Below are positions 10,480 through 20,407 of a stretch of 64,000 nt of DNA, in pieces (position 1 is the first letter of the stretch; each line of letters starts with the position of its first letter). The stretch is taken from the IMG/VR virus record IMGVR_UViG_3300033066_001054; one strand, 5' to 3'. The notes below the pieces were generated by a model, which worked only from the letters and a program-made list of their open reading frames with translations, made no database searches and was not told the origin of the DNA. The position numbers and the translations under genes are program-made. The DNA is from a virus (taxonomy: Duplodnaviria; Caudoviricetes).

Positions 10480-11478
10480 ATGTCATACAGTAACACAAAC
10501 CAACGCATTGCCCAGGGTCAAATGGGCGGCAACAATCGCAACAGCCTGAAAGACGGCTACGTCGACCTTAAGGTCAGCAAGGATGCCACCGAAAAGGAAG
10601 TTTGCATCCGTCTCATTGGTCTCCCCTACGCATTTACTCAGCATCAAGCTAAGACATACAATGAGGAGCTCAAAAAGCGAGTGGATTTTCCATTCCCCGA
10701 CCACGAAGAGAAGCAGAAGTTCTCAAGAAACTGGCTCAGTCCTGACACCAAGGACGACCGTTATCCAGATGTCAACCCATGGGCTGAAGCCGGATATTCG
10801 GGTTCTCTTCGATATGCACAAAACGTGCTGGTGAGAAACCCTGACGGTTCGTTCAGTGTCAAGATTCTTGAGAAGGGCAAGATGCTCTTCGACCAATTCA
10901 CAGACATCGAGAAGATGAACATGCGTCGCAATGAGCAACGCAAGAACAACAACTTGGTGACATGTCTTGGTGGAGAAGTCACCCACGACATTTACGTGCT
11001 TGCTCAGTTCAACCCCAAGAAGCCGTTGATTCCAGACCTTAAGGTGTCTCTCGAGACTGAAACCTGTGAAATCACAGACGAAGAAATCGAGGCACTGAAG
11101 AAAATCGGATACCCAACCGAAGAGGAACTCGAAGAACTGTTTGCTCGCGAACCATTCCTCGAAGAATTGCCTCGCTGGTTCTGGTATGGATACCAGCTTC
11201 ATCGCATCTATAAGCCAGACCTGTTCCCAGGTTCTGAAGAGGTAACTGGTCGTGCAACCACATCTCGTGGTGAACTCGACATGAGCGATGCCACGAACGA
11301 TGATGATGAAGAGGAAGCGAAGCCAGCGGCACGTTCTACTCGTTCGTCTTCGACGGCAACTGCTGTGGCTACAAAGCCGGCTTCTAAGACCGCACCGGCC
11401 AAAGCAACAAAGGCTGAGGAAACAACAGAGGACGAGAGTGCCTTTGATTCCGAAGAACCCAGCGAAGAAGACTGGTAA
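10480..11478 (+). CDS. single-stranded DNA-binding protein (gp32-like)
   Basis: IRLIG..., YAQNVL...VKILEKGKMLF pattern; low-complexity linker and acidic tail ending EEDW; SD AGGAG; adjacent to recA. Confidence 0.65.
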   Translation: MSYSNTNQRIAQGQMGGNNRNSLKDGYVDLKVSKDATEKEVCIRLIGLPYAFTQHQAKTYNEELKKRVDFPFPDHEEKQKFSRNWLSPDTKDDRYPDVNPWAEAGYSGSLRYAQNVLVRNPDGSFSVKILEKGKMLFDQFTDIEKMNMRRNEQRKNNNLVTCLGGEVTHDIYVLAQFNPKKPLIPDLKVSLETETCEITDEEIEALKKIGYPTEEELEELFAREPFLEELPRWFWYGYQLHRIYKPDLFPGSEEVTGRATTSRGELDMSDATNDDDEEEAKPAARSTRSSSTATAVATKPASKTAPAKATKAEETTEDESAFDSEEPSEEDW

Positions 11479-11492
11479 TCTCGACACAAATC

Positions 11493-11523
11493 TAAGGGTG
11501 CCTGTTTCGACACGGCACCCTTA
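11493..11523 (+). terminator. stem-loop after ssb
   Basis: TAAGGGTGCC/GGCACCCTTA stem with inner TGT-TTCG-ACA; weak U tail. Confidence 0.55.
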
Positions 11524-11546
11524 CTTGCCCAAAATGCACCAAAATT

Positions 11547-12785
11547 ATGTCAAAAAATAACACAAAAACAGAAAGCCAAGACTTGGCAAAACGCATAGAG
11601 GAGCGGAGAAAGGTCGTTGAGGCTCGTCAGAAGAAATACGGAATCCCAAAGAGCACACTGTTAGTTGGCGGAGAGCACGAGAAATACGATTTCGTACCGC
11701 TTGGTATTTCAGAAATCGACTCTAAGCTCAAGACCAAATCTATTACCGGAGAAGAACACTTTGGACTCTTGCGCGGTACTATTGTAGAGTTTTGCGGACC
11801 ATCTATGTCTGGTAAAACCTATGCCGCATATCATTTAGCCAAAGAACATCAGAAACTCGGTCTTAGGGTGCTCTTTGTCGATATTGAGCGCGGTTACTAT
11901 GAGCCACGGGCAGTACAGCTCGGGGTAAATATTGAAGACCCAGACCTTTGGGAAGTCCAGAAAGTCACGTTTGCCGCAGGTACAGTTGGCGACTATGTCG
12001 TTGAGTGTGTCAACAGCGGTGACTACGGACTCATTATTGTTGACTCAATTGCCACTCTTATCCCAGATGCTGACTTTGACAAGTCGCTAGAAGACAACGC
12101 CAAAGTGGGTGCTCACGCCATGTTCATGGGTCAGTTTTTGAGAAAGCTGGTCTCGAGCAAAATGGAAGAGAACTTGACCACTGTGGTACTCATCAATCAG
12201 TTCAGAACAGGTTCTGGCGCAATGCCTAACAGTTTCACAGACAAATCGTCTGGTGGTAAAGCTGTGGAGTACTGGTCTCGTATCAGACTATGGTTTGCTC
12301 GAATTGGCGGAAAAGACGGATGGGTAATGGATGGCAAAGGCAACCGCGTTGGCGGTCGTTCTCGATGCACCATCTACAAAACCAAAACAGGTGGCCAAGA
12401 CGAAATCGCAGAATTCCCTGTGTATTTTGTTCCTGCTGACAATGACTTGGTAGGAGAGTTCCTGCACAGAACAATCAACAACAAGGACTTCGAGGGCATT
12501 GTAACACACACTGCGCCTCGTGGAAGCCGTGAGAAGCTATTCCGATATGTTGATGAGACTACTGGCGAGCTTATTGCCACTCCAGACAAGTATGAGTTCT
12601 GTATTGCAATGATGCACGCTGGTCCGCCTGAAAAGCGACCGCGCACTGATAAATCAGACACCATGTTTGAGTACATGTGCGCCAGGTTGAAACTCAAGGA
12701 AGACCAGATTGAGGCACTTGTAGAGCGCATCAAAAACCCACCTGCTGATGATAATGACTCAGGTCTTGAAAGTGAACCAGACTAA
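11547..12785 (+). CDS. recA: RecA/UvsX recombinase
   Basis: Walker A GPSMSGKT, FVDIE, IIVDSIA, LINQFR, SGGKAVEY. Confidence 0.92.
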   Translation: MSKNNTKTESQDLAKRIEERRKVVEARQKKYGIPKSTLLVGGEHEKYDFVPLGISEIDSKLKTKSITGEEHFGLLRGTIVEFCGPSMSGKTYAAYHLAKEHQKLGLRVLFVDIERGYYEPRAVQLGVNIEDPDLWEVQKVTFAAGTVGDYVVECVNSGDYGLIIVDSIATLIPDADFDKSLEDNAKVGAHAMFMGQFLRKLVSSKMEENLTTVVLINQFRTGSGAMPNSFTDKSSGGKAVEYWSRIRLWFARIGGKDGWVMDGKGNRVGGRSRCTIYKTKTGGQDEIAEFPVYFVPADNDLVGEFLHRTINNKDFEGIVTHTAPRGSREKLFRYVDETTGELIATPDKYEFCIAMMHAGPPEKRPRTDKSDTMFEYMCARLKLKEDQIEALVERIKNPPADDNDSGLESEPD

Positions 12786-12801
12786 TGTCAATGGACAATC
12801 A

Positions 12802-13533
12802 ATGATGGCGTCTTTCTGCCAGTCGCTGTCCCGTTCTCAGAGCGGGATGGCATATCTGGCAGAAAGAAACATCCCCGAGTCACTTGTTGAGCAAGGAATG
12901 CTCGGTTACATACCTCCCTATTCAAATCATTGGTTTCCATTGTTGAAGGGTAGACTAGTTACGCCTATTTGCGACGCCGCTGGTAACATCAAAGCACTAG
13001 CAGGAAGACAGTTGCCCTTTGCACGAGACTCTGTTGTTAAGGCATATCGAGAATATAACTCAAGCAAACAAGCACAAGAACTAATTGACAAATGGGACCG
13101 CGCAAAGTGGATAAACGAGCCATATCCAAAGCGCAAATTGCTTTACAACCTGCACCGCGCCAAAGAGTTTGCACGAGAGCGCGGATACATCAATCTGGTA
13201 GAGGGTTACCTAGACGCAGGAGTTTTGTCGTGCAAACACATGGAAAACACAGCAGCTTTGTGCGGAATCTCGTTAACAGAGCACCATGCTGCGATAATAT
13301 CTAGATACTGCGATACCGTCGTGCTTCTTTATGATGGCGACCAAGCGGGTGTAGACGCAGGGACTGAATCCAGACGGGTTGCAGAACAATATGACTTGAA
13401 ATGTCATGCAGTGTTGTTGCCAACTGGGTGGGACCCGGACGATTTTGTAGTGAAAAAGGGCGGCAAGAATTTGCGCCGAGCTATTGAGGGAATGATAGAA
13501 AGAAATGAGTACGAACTCGAAATCAAAATCTGA
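12802..13533 (+). CDS. dnaG: DNA primase catalytic core (Toprim), lacking the zinc-binding domain
   Basis: YLAERNI, GRLVTPI..GR, KWINEP, LVEGYLD, LLYDGDQAG, DPDD; ATG 12802 chosen to avoid overlap with recA. Confidence 0.88.
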   Translation: MMASFCQSLSRSQSGMAYLAERNIPESLVEQGMLGYIPPYSNHWFPLLKGRLVTPICDAAGNIKALAGRQLPFARDSVVKAYREYNSSKQAQELIDKWDRAKWINEPYPKRKLLYNLHRAKEFARERGYINLVEGYLDAGVLSCKHMENTAALCGISLTEHHAAIISRYCDTVVLLYDGDQAGVDAGTESRRVAEQYDLKCHAVLLPTGWDPDDFVVKKGGKNLRRAIEGMIERNEYELEIKI

Positions 13534-15247
13534 AGCAAAATTGCCGACTGAGTGGATTTACAAAGATGCCGACTACGGCACCACGTTGCGACTTGCACGA
13601 GACCTAAGAATGGTTCGGCCAGTTGCTGAAATCCTTGCCGGCAGGGGTTTTGAAGACGCACACCAGGTGCGTGAGTTCACCGAGTTTAACATCAGCCAGT
13701 TGCGCAATCCGATGTTATTACCGGATATGAAGCCAGCCTTGGAGCGACTTGAGGCGGCTCTAGATGCTGGAGAAAGCATATTTGTTTGGGGAGATTATGA
13801 TGTTGACGGAATCACCTCAACTGCCATTATCATCCACGGCATCAGAATGCTAGGCGGCGAGGTTCATTATTACATCCCGCATCGCATCAAGGACGGTTAT
13901 GATATCAAGCCAAAGGCGGTTGATATGGCATTAAGCAATAACTGCGGGTTGTTGATGTCTGTTGACTGTGGAATCAAGGCACTAGAAGTTGGTGAATACG
14001 CCAAAGAGAAAGGAATGGACTTGATTATCACAGACCACCACCATGCACGCACAGACGGACTTATTCCTGAGTGCATAGCTGTAATCAATCCAAACCGAAT
14101 TGACGCAACATATCCATTCAAAGGCATGGCTGGTTGCGGTATTGCGTTCAAGCTAATCGCACAGTTAGCAAAACGAAGAAAGTTTAGCGTACAGAAGATT
14201 TGCACTGAACTTCTAGAGTATGTTGCGCTTGGAACCATCGCAGACGTTGCACCAATGCTAGATGAGAACCGATACATGGTTCACACCGGGCTGACGCTCA
14301 TGGGCGATACTCAAAAGGCTGGTATGCGTGCGTTGTTGGATGAAGCCAATGTCAAGAACAGCGTAGACACCATGGCGGTTGGATTCAGACTTGGCCCGCG
14401 GCTCAATGCAATGGGTAGGATTGGCGATGCCACAGACTCACTGCATTTGATTCTTGAACAAAACCCACATCATGCCAGGCGGCTCGCAGAACAAGCCAGT
14501 CGTCTCAACAAGAATAGACAGGGTATGCAAGAGCAACAGTTGCGCGAAGCAATTGCGCTGGTAGAAGAATCACAATTGGACAATGACATTATTGTTGTGT
14601 CAAGCAATAATTGGCACCCTGGCGTTGTTGGTCTTATTGCAAGCCAATTAACACAGACATTTGGTCGACCAGCGATGGTTGGTGTTGATATGCCAAATGG
14701 AGAAACTAAAGGTTCATGTCGTTCATATAGAGATTTCCATATTCTCAATGCAATGGAGTCTGATGGTGTTCGCGAACTGTTTATCAAGTATGGCGGCCAC
14801 GCCATGGCCGCTGGGTTTGCAATCAAGACCGAAAAGATGCCAGAACTTATGGCTAATATCAATCAATACGCTAATGGTCAAATCCCAGAAGAGAAGGCCA
14901 GAGTGATTGAAATTGATGCCGAGGTTATGTTCAATGAAATCAACAACGCCTTGTATCTAGATTCCAAAAGACTGGAACCATATGGAAACGGGCATCCTTC
15001 TCCAATATTTGGCTGTGTTGAGGCATTGGTTCACAAGATTGATACCATTGGTGAAAAGCACCTTAAGCTGATATTCAAAGAGCCCAATGGAAACCAAACC
15101 ATTCAAGCAAGATGGTGGGGCAATGGTCCAAGGGTTAACGAGTTTCCAGTAGGCAGCAAGGTCACAATTGCATTCAAATTAGAGCATAGTGACTTCGGTG
15201 GTCAAGATTACTTACAAATGACTGTTGAAGACATGAAATTGTTGTAG
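13505..15247 (+). CDS. recJ: single-stranded DNA exonuclease RecJ (DHH family)
   Basis: GDYDVDGITS, VDCG, TDHH, GTIADV, PRLNAMGR, GGHAMAAG, LEPYGNGHP. Confidence 0.95.
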   Translation: MSTNSKSKSEAKLPTEWIYKDADYGTTLRLARDLRMVRPVAEILAGRGFEDAHQVREFTEFNISQLRNPMLLPDMKPALERLEAALDAGESIFVWGDYDVDGITSTAIIIHGIRMLGGEVHYYIPHRIKDGYDIKPKAVDMALSNNCGLLMSVDCGIKALEVGEYAKEKGMDLIITDHHHARTDGLIPECIAVINPNRIDATYPFKGMAGCGIAFKLIAQLAKRRKFSVQKICTELLEYVALGTIADVAPMLDENRYMVHTGLTLMGDTQKAGMRALLDEANVKNSVDTMAVGFRLGPRLNAMGRIGDATDSLHLILEQNPHHARRLAEQASRLNKNRQGMQEQQLREAIALVEESQLDNDIIVVSSNNWHPGVVGLIASQLTQTFGRPAMVGVDMPNGETKGSCRSYRDFHILNAMESDGVRELFIKYGGHAMAAGFAIKTEKMPELMANINQYANGQIPEEKARVIEIDAEVMFNEINNALYLDSKRLEPYGNGHPSPIFGCVEALVHKIDTIGEKHLKLIFKEPNGNQTIQARWWGNGPRVNEFPVGSKVTIAFKLEHSDFGGQDYLQMTVEDMKLL

Positions 15248-15314
15248 TTTTTTAGGTCTCTGTATAAGCTATCTCCGCAGACACTATTAAAGTGTAGGCG
15301 ACGCACGGTCGCGT

Positions 15315-16286
15315 TTGGAGATATCAGTGGCAACAAAAACAAAAAGCAACAAGGAGACTGTTGCTTCAGCATATTATGACCATGCTGAACTAGAGTCTGA
15401 AATCCTAGCATATCAGCAATCTCTTGTGGACAAAGACACGATGTCACAGGAGCGTCATTTCAAGAACATTTGTGAGATTTACAAGCCGCACGAGTACATA
15501 CCAAAGTGGTACTCCCACTACAAGCATCTTTATGACTCACTAGAAGACTTCGAACAAGATTATATGCGCGTGTTTTGCACCACGCTTGCGGCATGGAAGC
15601 CACGCCATTTGCGCAAGCCGTCAAGATACGGTGGTAAAGGCCACTTCCAGAATTTCTTCTGGGGCGCACTGTCTCATGCATACATTAACGGGGTCAAATC
15701 CGAGGCCGCTGCTAAACGAAATCTACAACAACAATGCCCAATATGCGGTGACTGGTGCAATCCTTTGTCGACCCACTTGCTCAATAACCACATCGACATT
15801 TTATGGGAGCGATTGAATGAAATGGGTTACTCGATGACAGAACTGACTGGATGCCCGTTCTGTCGCTCGTTTAAGTTACCAAAACGCCAGGGACTCAACG
15901 ACGCTGAGTACAGAGAAAAGATTACTACAACTCTACGAAAGCACATGTCATCAATGCACAGCTCTGTATTGTTCGAGACATTCCATGAAAAATTCCCAGA
16001 ACACCTTACAGTAAGTGCTAAGGCAGTATCTGTTTACATCCACGATTCAGATAACGAGGAAGACGCAAATGCATACGATGGATTTGAGTCTAAGCCAGGA
16101 ATGGACAATCTGATGTCACTTAATTTGACACCATTACAGATATTGATTATTGAGCGCATTCTAAATGAGGGGTTAGTGCATTTGCACTATGACGCGCATT
16201 ATGAATGTACAGAAGAAGAATTCCAAGATGCATTGAGTGGCCTGCAAGATGCGTTGGTTATCGCAGGCATTGACACGGGTGTATAA
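15315..16286 (+). CDS. divergent sigma-factor-like protein with C2H2-type zinc fingers
   Basis: Region-2-like EDFEQDYM..LAAWKP..FQNFFWGALSH; CPIC..HLLNNH and CPFC..HMSSMH; region-4-like LTPLQILII; start uncertain (TTG 15315 or GTG 15327). Confidence 0.45.
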   Translation: MEISVATKTKSNKETVASAYYDHAELESEILAYQQSLVDKDTMSQERHFKNICEIYKPHEYIPKWYSHYKHLYDSLEDFEQDYMRVFCTTLAAWKPRHLRKPSRYGGKGHFQNFFWGALSHAYINGVKSEAAAKRNLQQQCPICGDWCNPLSTHLLNNHIDILWERLNEMGYSMTELTGCPFCRSFKLPKRQGLNDAEYREKITTTLRKHMSSMHSSVLFETFHEKFPEHLTVSAKAVSVYIHDSDNEEDANAYDGFESKPGMDNLMSLNLTPLQILIIERILNEGLVHLHYDAHYECTEEEFQDALSGLQDALVIAGIDTGV

Positions 16287-16288
16287 AC

Positions 16289-16690
16289 ATGAAAACAATG
16301 ACAGAAAATCCTGAAGAAATCATTTCAGAAATTGAAGCAGCCACGGCAGTTGAGCCGGGGCCCGGAAAAGACCCACAGGTCATCAGAGTTCGCGCCGGCG
16401 ACCCAAGAAGTGATGACCCCGACAAGAGACCAACAAACCCAGAAGGCCTGTCTCGAAGTATATTGCACGTGCTGAAAAAGCATGACTACGTGCAGGTTTA
16501 CTCAGTAGGGCCTAAGGCACTGAACATTACTATGGCAGGATATCGCGGCGCCAAAGAACGATTTACCAAGGTCTTAGATGGCTGGGTTTTGGTTTGTTCA
16601 CAGTCAGAATATGTTGCTGACATTGGTGGCAAAACCACTCTTGGAATCTGTACTAGGATTTACCCAATTCCCATCAAATTTGCGCAATAA
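16289..16690 (+). CDS. spoVS: SpoVS-family (Alba-like) protein
   Basis: VIRV..TNPEGLSRSILHVL..VQVYSVGPKALN..LVC..ADIGGKTTLGI follows the SpoVS pattern (LKV..SNPNSVAGAL..EIQAIGAGALNQ..LIC..IDGEERTAI). Confidence 0.7.
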   Translation: MKTMTENPEEIISEIEAATAVEPGPGKDPQVIRVRAGDPRSDDPDKRPTNPEGLSRSILHVLKKHDYVQVYSVGPKALNITMAGYRGAKERFTKVLDGWVLVCSQSEYVADIGGKTTLGICTRIYPIPIKFAQ

Positions 16691-16784
16691 ATTGAGAGCA
16701 ATTAGAAGGACCACGTTGCCAAATCGGATAAAAAGACTGATAAGCCATTAGACCACTGAAGCTATGACCAAAAATCGGATATAG

Positions 16785-17075
16785 GTGGTCGAATATGGTG
16801 AAAAACGTATTCTTCAGCTAATAGCTGAGGGGTTATCGAGAGCACAAAAAATGCGCCAGCTACCCAAAGAACTTCAATCAATTGATTGCCCTGACTTGCA
16901 GCGAGCAATCAAGGAATGTGTCGAGGTAGCCGCTGCCAATTGGGGCATGGATGCAAGCGAGGCATCCGATATAGTGATTGACCGCCTCAAGAGCAACCTA
17001 GTGTCTCGAAAGTCCCTGGTTTCCGCACGTCGATATCTGAGAGAAATCCCAGAGCAAGACTACGGAGACTATTAA
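16785..17075 (+). CDS. hypothetical protein
   Basis: 96-aa ORF followed by a terminator. Confidence 0.55.
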   Translation: MVEYGEKRILQLIAEGLSRAQKMRQLPKELQSIDCPDLQRAIKECVEVAAANWGMDASEASDIVIDRLKSNLVSRKSLVSARRYLREIPEQDYGDY

Positions 17076-17079
17076 CCCG

Positions 17080-17118
17080 TGGTCCGAATTGCGCAAATAC
17101 GCGATTCGGACCATTTTT
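17080..17118 (+). terminator. intrinsic terminator
   Basis: TGGTCCGAATTGCG / CGCGATTCGGACCA stem followed by TTTTT. Confidence 0.8.
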
Positions 17119-17182
17119 CGTGTATCAACGCGGCTTTAGGTGCGATAAGTAAAAGAACACAACGCAATCTAACAGGCTCGCA

Positions 17183-19903
17183 ATGGAGCAAAAAGAAGTG
17201 ATAAAAACAATGCCTACAGAATCTGAATCGTCCACCCAGCCCGTCGCACAGCTACCTGTGCCGCAATTTACCGCAGCGCAAGTCATTGCTAGTAGCATCG
17301 AATATTTCGATGGAGACGAAATGGCCGCAACCACGTTTGCCAACAAATATGCGCTGCAAACAAGCCTCGGCGGCCTTACACCATATTGCGAACTAAATCC
17401 TAACGATATGCACGACCGCATAGCTCGCGAACTGCATCGTATAGAAAGCAAGTACCCCAATCCGAGAAAGTACAAAGAGTTTCGAGAAGCACTTCAGGGG
17501 TTTGAGAAAATTGTTCCCCAGGGCTCTCCAATGTACGGAATTGGCAATCCGTATGCTATTGTGTCGTTGTCAAACTGCGTTGTTGTCGAAAGTCCAGAAG
17601 ACAATATGTCGTCAATTTTTGAATCGGGAAAGGAACTAGCTAATCTCTACAAACGACGTGCTGGCGTGGGTTTGTCTCTTGATACGTTGCGCCCAGAGAA
17701 CGCGCCGGTTAGCAATGCGGCGAAGGCATCAACTGGTGCATGGTCATTTGCAGACTTCTATTCAAACGTTACTAGAATGGTTGGTCAAGCCGGCAGACGC
17801 GGCGCATTGATGCTAACCATGAACATGTTGCACCCAGACGTACACAAGTTCATTGGAATGAAGCAAGACATCAGCAATGTCACCGGAGCCAATGTTTCAG
17901 TAATGCTTGGCGACTCATTCATGAATGCGGCAACAACGCCGGGCGCCGAATGGATTACTAGGTGGTCTCAAGACAAGAATATTCAGATGACTGATGAAGA
18001 AGTTGAAGAATTGCTTGCGCTTGGTGGCGAGTGGGTTTATGCAGAAATCAACGTGCCGGTATTACGCGACACTGATGAATCACACCCAGTATTGAAAACA
18101 TGGACATGGAAATCATCTCACCCAGATTTTCCAAGGCTCACTTCATTTAGAAAGTTTGTGGCCGCTGAACTATGGGAGTTTCTTAATCGTTGTGCAAGGA
18201 ACACCGCAGAACCCGGATTGCTTTTCTGGGACAACTACGGCAGAGAACTTCCTGCTAACTATTACCCAGGGTTCAAGAGCACATCTACCAATCCTTGTAG
18301 CGAAATCGCATTGAGCCCATATGACTCTTGTCGATTGACTTCTTTGAACCTCAAGGGCTTCGTCAAGAATCCATTTACGCCAGATGCGTACTTTGATTTT
18401 GAAGAGTTTTCTCACTACGTTCGCCTTGGTATGAGGGTCATGGACAACATTGTTGACCTTGAAATCGAATGCCTGAAGAATATCATTAACATGATTGCCG
18501 AAGAGGATGAGAAAATCCTTTGGGGTAAATTGCTCAATGCGGCTCAGAGTGGTCGTAGAACCGGTCTTGGAACCCATGCACTTGGTGACGCATTGGCGTG
18601 CCTATGCTTAAGATATGACAGTGATGAAGCAATTGCGCAAGTCAACAGCATTTACAACTGCTTGAGAGACAGTGCTTATCGAGAAAGTGTCAATCTTGCC
18701 AAAGAACGCGGTTGCTTCCCGGTTTATGACTGGGAAACAGAGAAGAGTTGTCCGTTTATTCAAAGACTGCCAAGTGATATCACTGAAGAAATGAAGCAAT
18801 TCGGCCGCCGAAACATTAGTTTGTTGACTAATGCACCAACTGGCAGTGTGTCCATTGTGTCGCGCACGAGCTCAGGTATTGAGCCAACATTTAGGCACTT
18901 CTATGTACGACGACAGAAAATCAATCCAAACGACGCTGATGCTCGAGTTGATTTCAAGGATGCAAGCGGTGATTCGTGGCAGCACTTTGATGTGTTTGAG
19001 CGCAATATGCGAGAATTCTTTGAGTTCAATCCAGATATCAAGGCTCAGTGGGATGAGATTTATCACAAGTCGCCACACAAGGAGTTTTCTGACAACATGC
19101 AATTCTGGACAGATGAGTTGAACAAAATCTTGCCAGATTACTTTGTCTATGCAGAAATGATTGACCCACTTCAGAGAGTTAGATTGCAGGGTGTACTTCA
19201 GTCATACATTGACCATGGTGTTTCATCCACAATCAACATGAACAAAGATGTCACATCGGATTACGTTCGTCAAATCTATGAAGAGGCATGGCGATGTGGT
19301 CTAAAAGGCGTTACCGTCTACAGAGATAAGTCACGAAGTGGAGTTTTGGTTACAAGTACTGATTCCAAGGCTCCGACTGGCATTATTGAACATGATGCGC
19401 CTAAGCGGCCGGAAATCCTTCCGTGTCACATTGAGCGTGCTACGGTCGAGGGTGAAAAGTGGACTATCTTTGTTGGACTGCTTGATGGTAAGCCCTATGA
19501 GATTTTTGGCGGGCTGGCTGAGAATATTGAGATTCCAAAGAAGTACACCACTGGGTACATCCGTAAGCGAAAGTGTGAAAAGCGCGAAAACACTGACGAA
19601 ACCTCAAAGAGAAAAGCGTGTTATGACCTTATCGCCGGCGATGATGACGACCCGCTGATTGTCAAGGATGTTGTTATCAACTTCAATGATGACAAATACG
19701 GATGGGGAACCAGGATGCTTTCAACAATGTTGCGTCACGGCGTGCCACTTAGGTACATTGTCGAGCAACTTCGCCGTAGCTATGCCACTTCACTGCACTC
19801 ATTTAACAAAGCCATGGCTAGAGTTTTGGCAAAATACGATGAATCAGATGGTACTGGCGAAATTGAAAAACCAGACAATTGCAGAACAGGAAACTGTGAG
19901 TAA
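17183..19903 (+). CDS. nrdJ: class II (adenosylcobalamin-dependent) ribonucleotide reductase
   Basis: LSNC, GRRGALM, TNPCSE, RRTGLG, NAPTGS, GVSSTIN, GLKGVTVYRD; C-terminal KRPEIL..PYEIF domain; no beta subunit gene nearby. Confidence 0.92.
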   Translation: MEQKEVIKTMPTESESSTQPVAQLPVPQFTAAQVIASSIEYFDGDEMAATTFANKYALQTSLGGLTPYCELNPNDMHDRIARELHRIESKYPNPRKYKEFREALQGFEKIVPQGSPMYGIGNPYAIVSLSNCVVVESPEDNMSSIFESGKELANLYKRRAGVGLSLDTLRPENAPVSNAAKASTGAWSFADFYSNVTRMVGQAGRRGALMLTMNMLHPDVHKFIGMKQDISNVTGANVSVMLGDSFMNAATTPGAEWITRWSQDKNIQMTDEEVEELLALGGEWVYAEINVPVLRDTDESHPVLKTWTWKSSHPDFPRLTSFRKFVAAELWEFLNRCARNTAEPGLLFWDNYGRELPANYYPGFKSTSTNPCSEIALSPYDSCRLTSLNLKGFVKNPFTPDAYFDFEEFSHYVRLGMRVMDNIVDLEIECLKNIINMIAEEDEKILWGKLLNAAQSGRRTGLGTHALGDALACLCLRYDSDEAIAQVNSIYNCLRDSAYRESVNLAKERGCFPVYDWETEKSCPFIQRLPSDITEEMKQFGRRNISLLTNAPTGSVSIVSRTSSGIEPTFRHFYVRRQKINPNDADARVDFKDASGDSWQHFDVFERNMREFFEFNPDIKAQWDEIYHKSPHKEFSDNMQFWTDELNKILPDYFVYAEMIDPLQRVRLQGVLQSYIDHGVSSTINMNKDVTSDYVRQIYEEAWRCGLKGVTVYRDKSRSGVLVTSTDSKAPTGIIEHDAPKRPEILPCHIERATVEGEKWTIFVGLLDGKPYEIFGGLAENIEIPKKYTTGYIRKRKCEKRENTDETSKRKACYDLIAGDDDDPLIVKDVVINFNDDKYGWGTRMLSTMLRHGVPLRYIVEQLRRSYATSLHSFNKAMARVLAKYDESDGTGEIEKPDNCRTGNCE

Positions 19904-19905
19904 CC

Positions 19906-19941
19906 AACAAGAGTGCCGGAGCAATCCGGCACTCTTGTTTT
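19906..19941 (+). terminator. intrinsic terminator
   Basis: 15-bp perfect stem AACAAGAGTGCCGGA-GCAA-TCCGGCACTCTTGTT plus T run. Confidence 0.85.
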
Positions 19942-19960
19942 GAACTTGTATAAACGCACC

Positions 19961-20401
19961 ATGGCTCACAAAACAATCAAAGCAGTCATTGTAGACGCTA
20001 TGTTCGCAGAAGCGTATGTAGACACACCGAGGGGCGAACAATTTGTAGGTTCTATCGAACTGCAAATCAGAGACATCGCATCAGACGACATCTATATCAA
20101 GAAGCTCACCGAAGCGGATTTGTGTGAAATCTCTGGTATTGACAAGGCATTCTCACCACTTGAAATCATCAAAGTTGCCGAGCACTTGCGAAGGTTCACT
20201 CAACCAATTGAATTGGATGTAGATGACAGGACTCATTTGATTAGCAATGCGATGATTAAGGGCGGCGTTGCAACAGAAGAGGCACCCCCAACACCCGTGC
20301 GTAAAAAGCCACCTGTAACAAAACCGAATTTTGGATTCAACCCAGAAAAGGCAGGTGAGGCAATGGCATCTCGCAAACGAAAACCAAAACCTCAGGCATA
20401 A
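19961..20401 (+). CDS. hypothetical protein
   Basis: ATG 19961 lies downstream of the terminator and 6 nt after TATAAA. Confidence 0.65.
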   Translation: MAHKTIKAVIVDAMFAEAYVDTPRGEQFVGSIELQIRDIASDDIYIKKLTEADLCEISGIDKAFSPLEIIKVAEHLRRFTQPIELDVDDRTHLISNAMIKGGVATEEAPPTPVRKKPPVTKPNFGFNPEKAGEAMASRKRKPKPQA

Positions 20402-20407
20402 TAATGC

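Noticed and set aside
16721-16781. Direct repeat AAATCGGATA, two copies, as iterons or an origin
   Set aside because: Only two 10-bp copies and no AT-rich unwinding element; insufficient support
16764-16787. TAG stop-codon reassignment (ATG..TAG in frame ahead of the 16785 ORF)
   Set aside because: TAG ends several full-length genes at natural positions (recJ, dnaX, sigma factor), and long genes are not fragmented in the standard code
19913-19960. Upstream extensions of ORF-track starts (19913, 5443, 12748, 33445, 61594, and 61608 on the minus strand)
   Set aside because: They run through terminators, promoters or neighbouring genes; downstream ATGs fit the coupling and promoter geometry better
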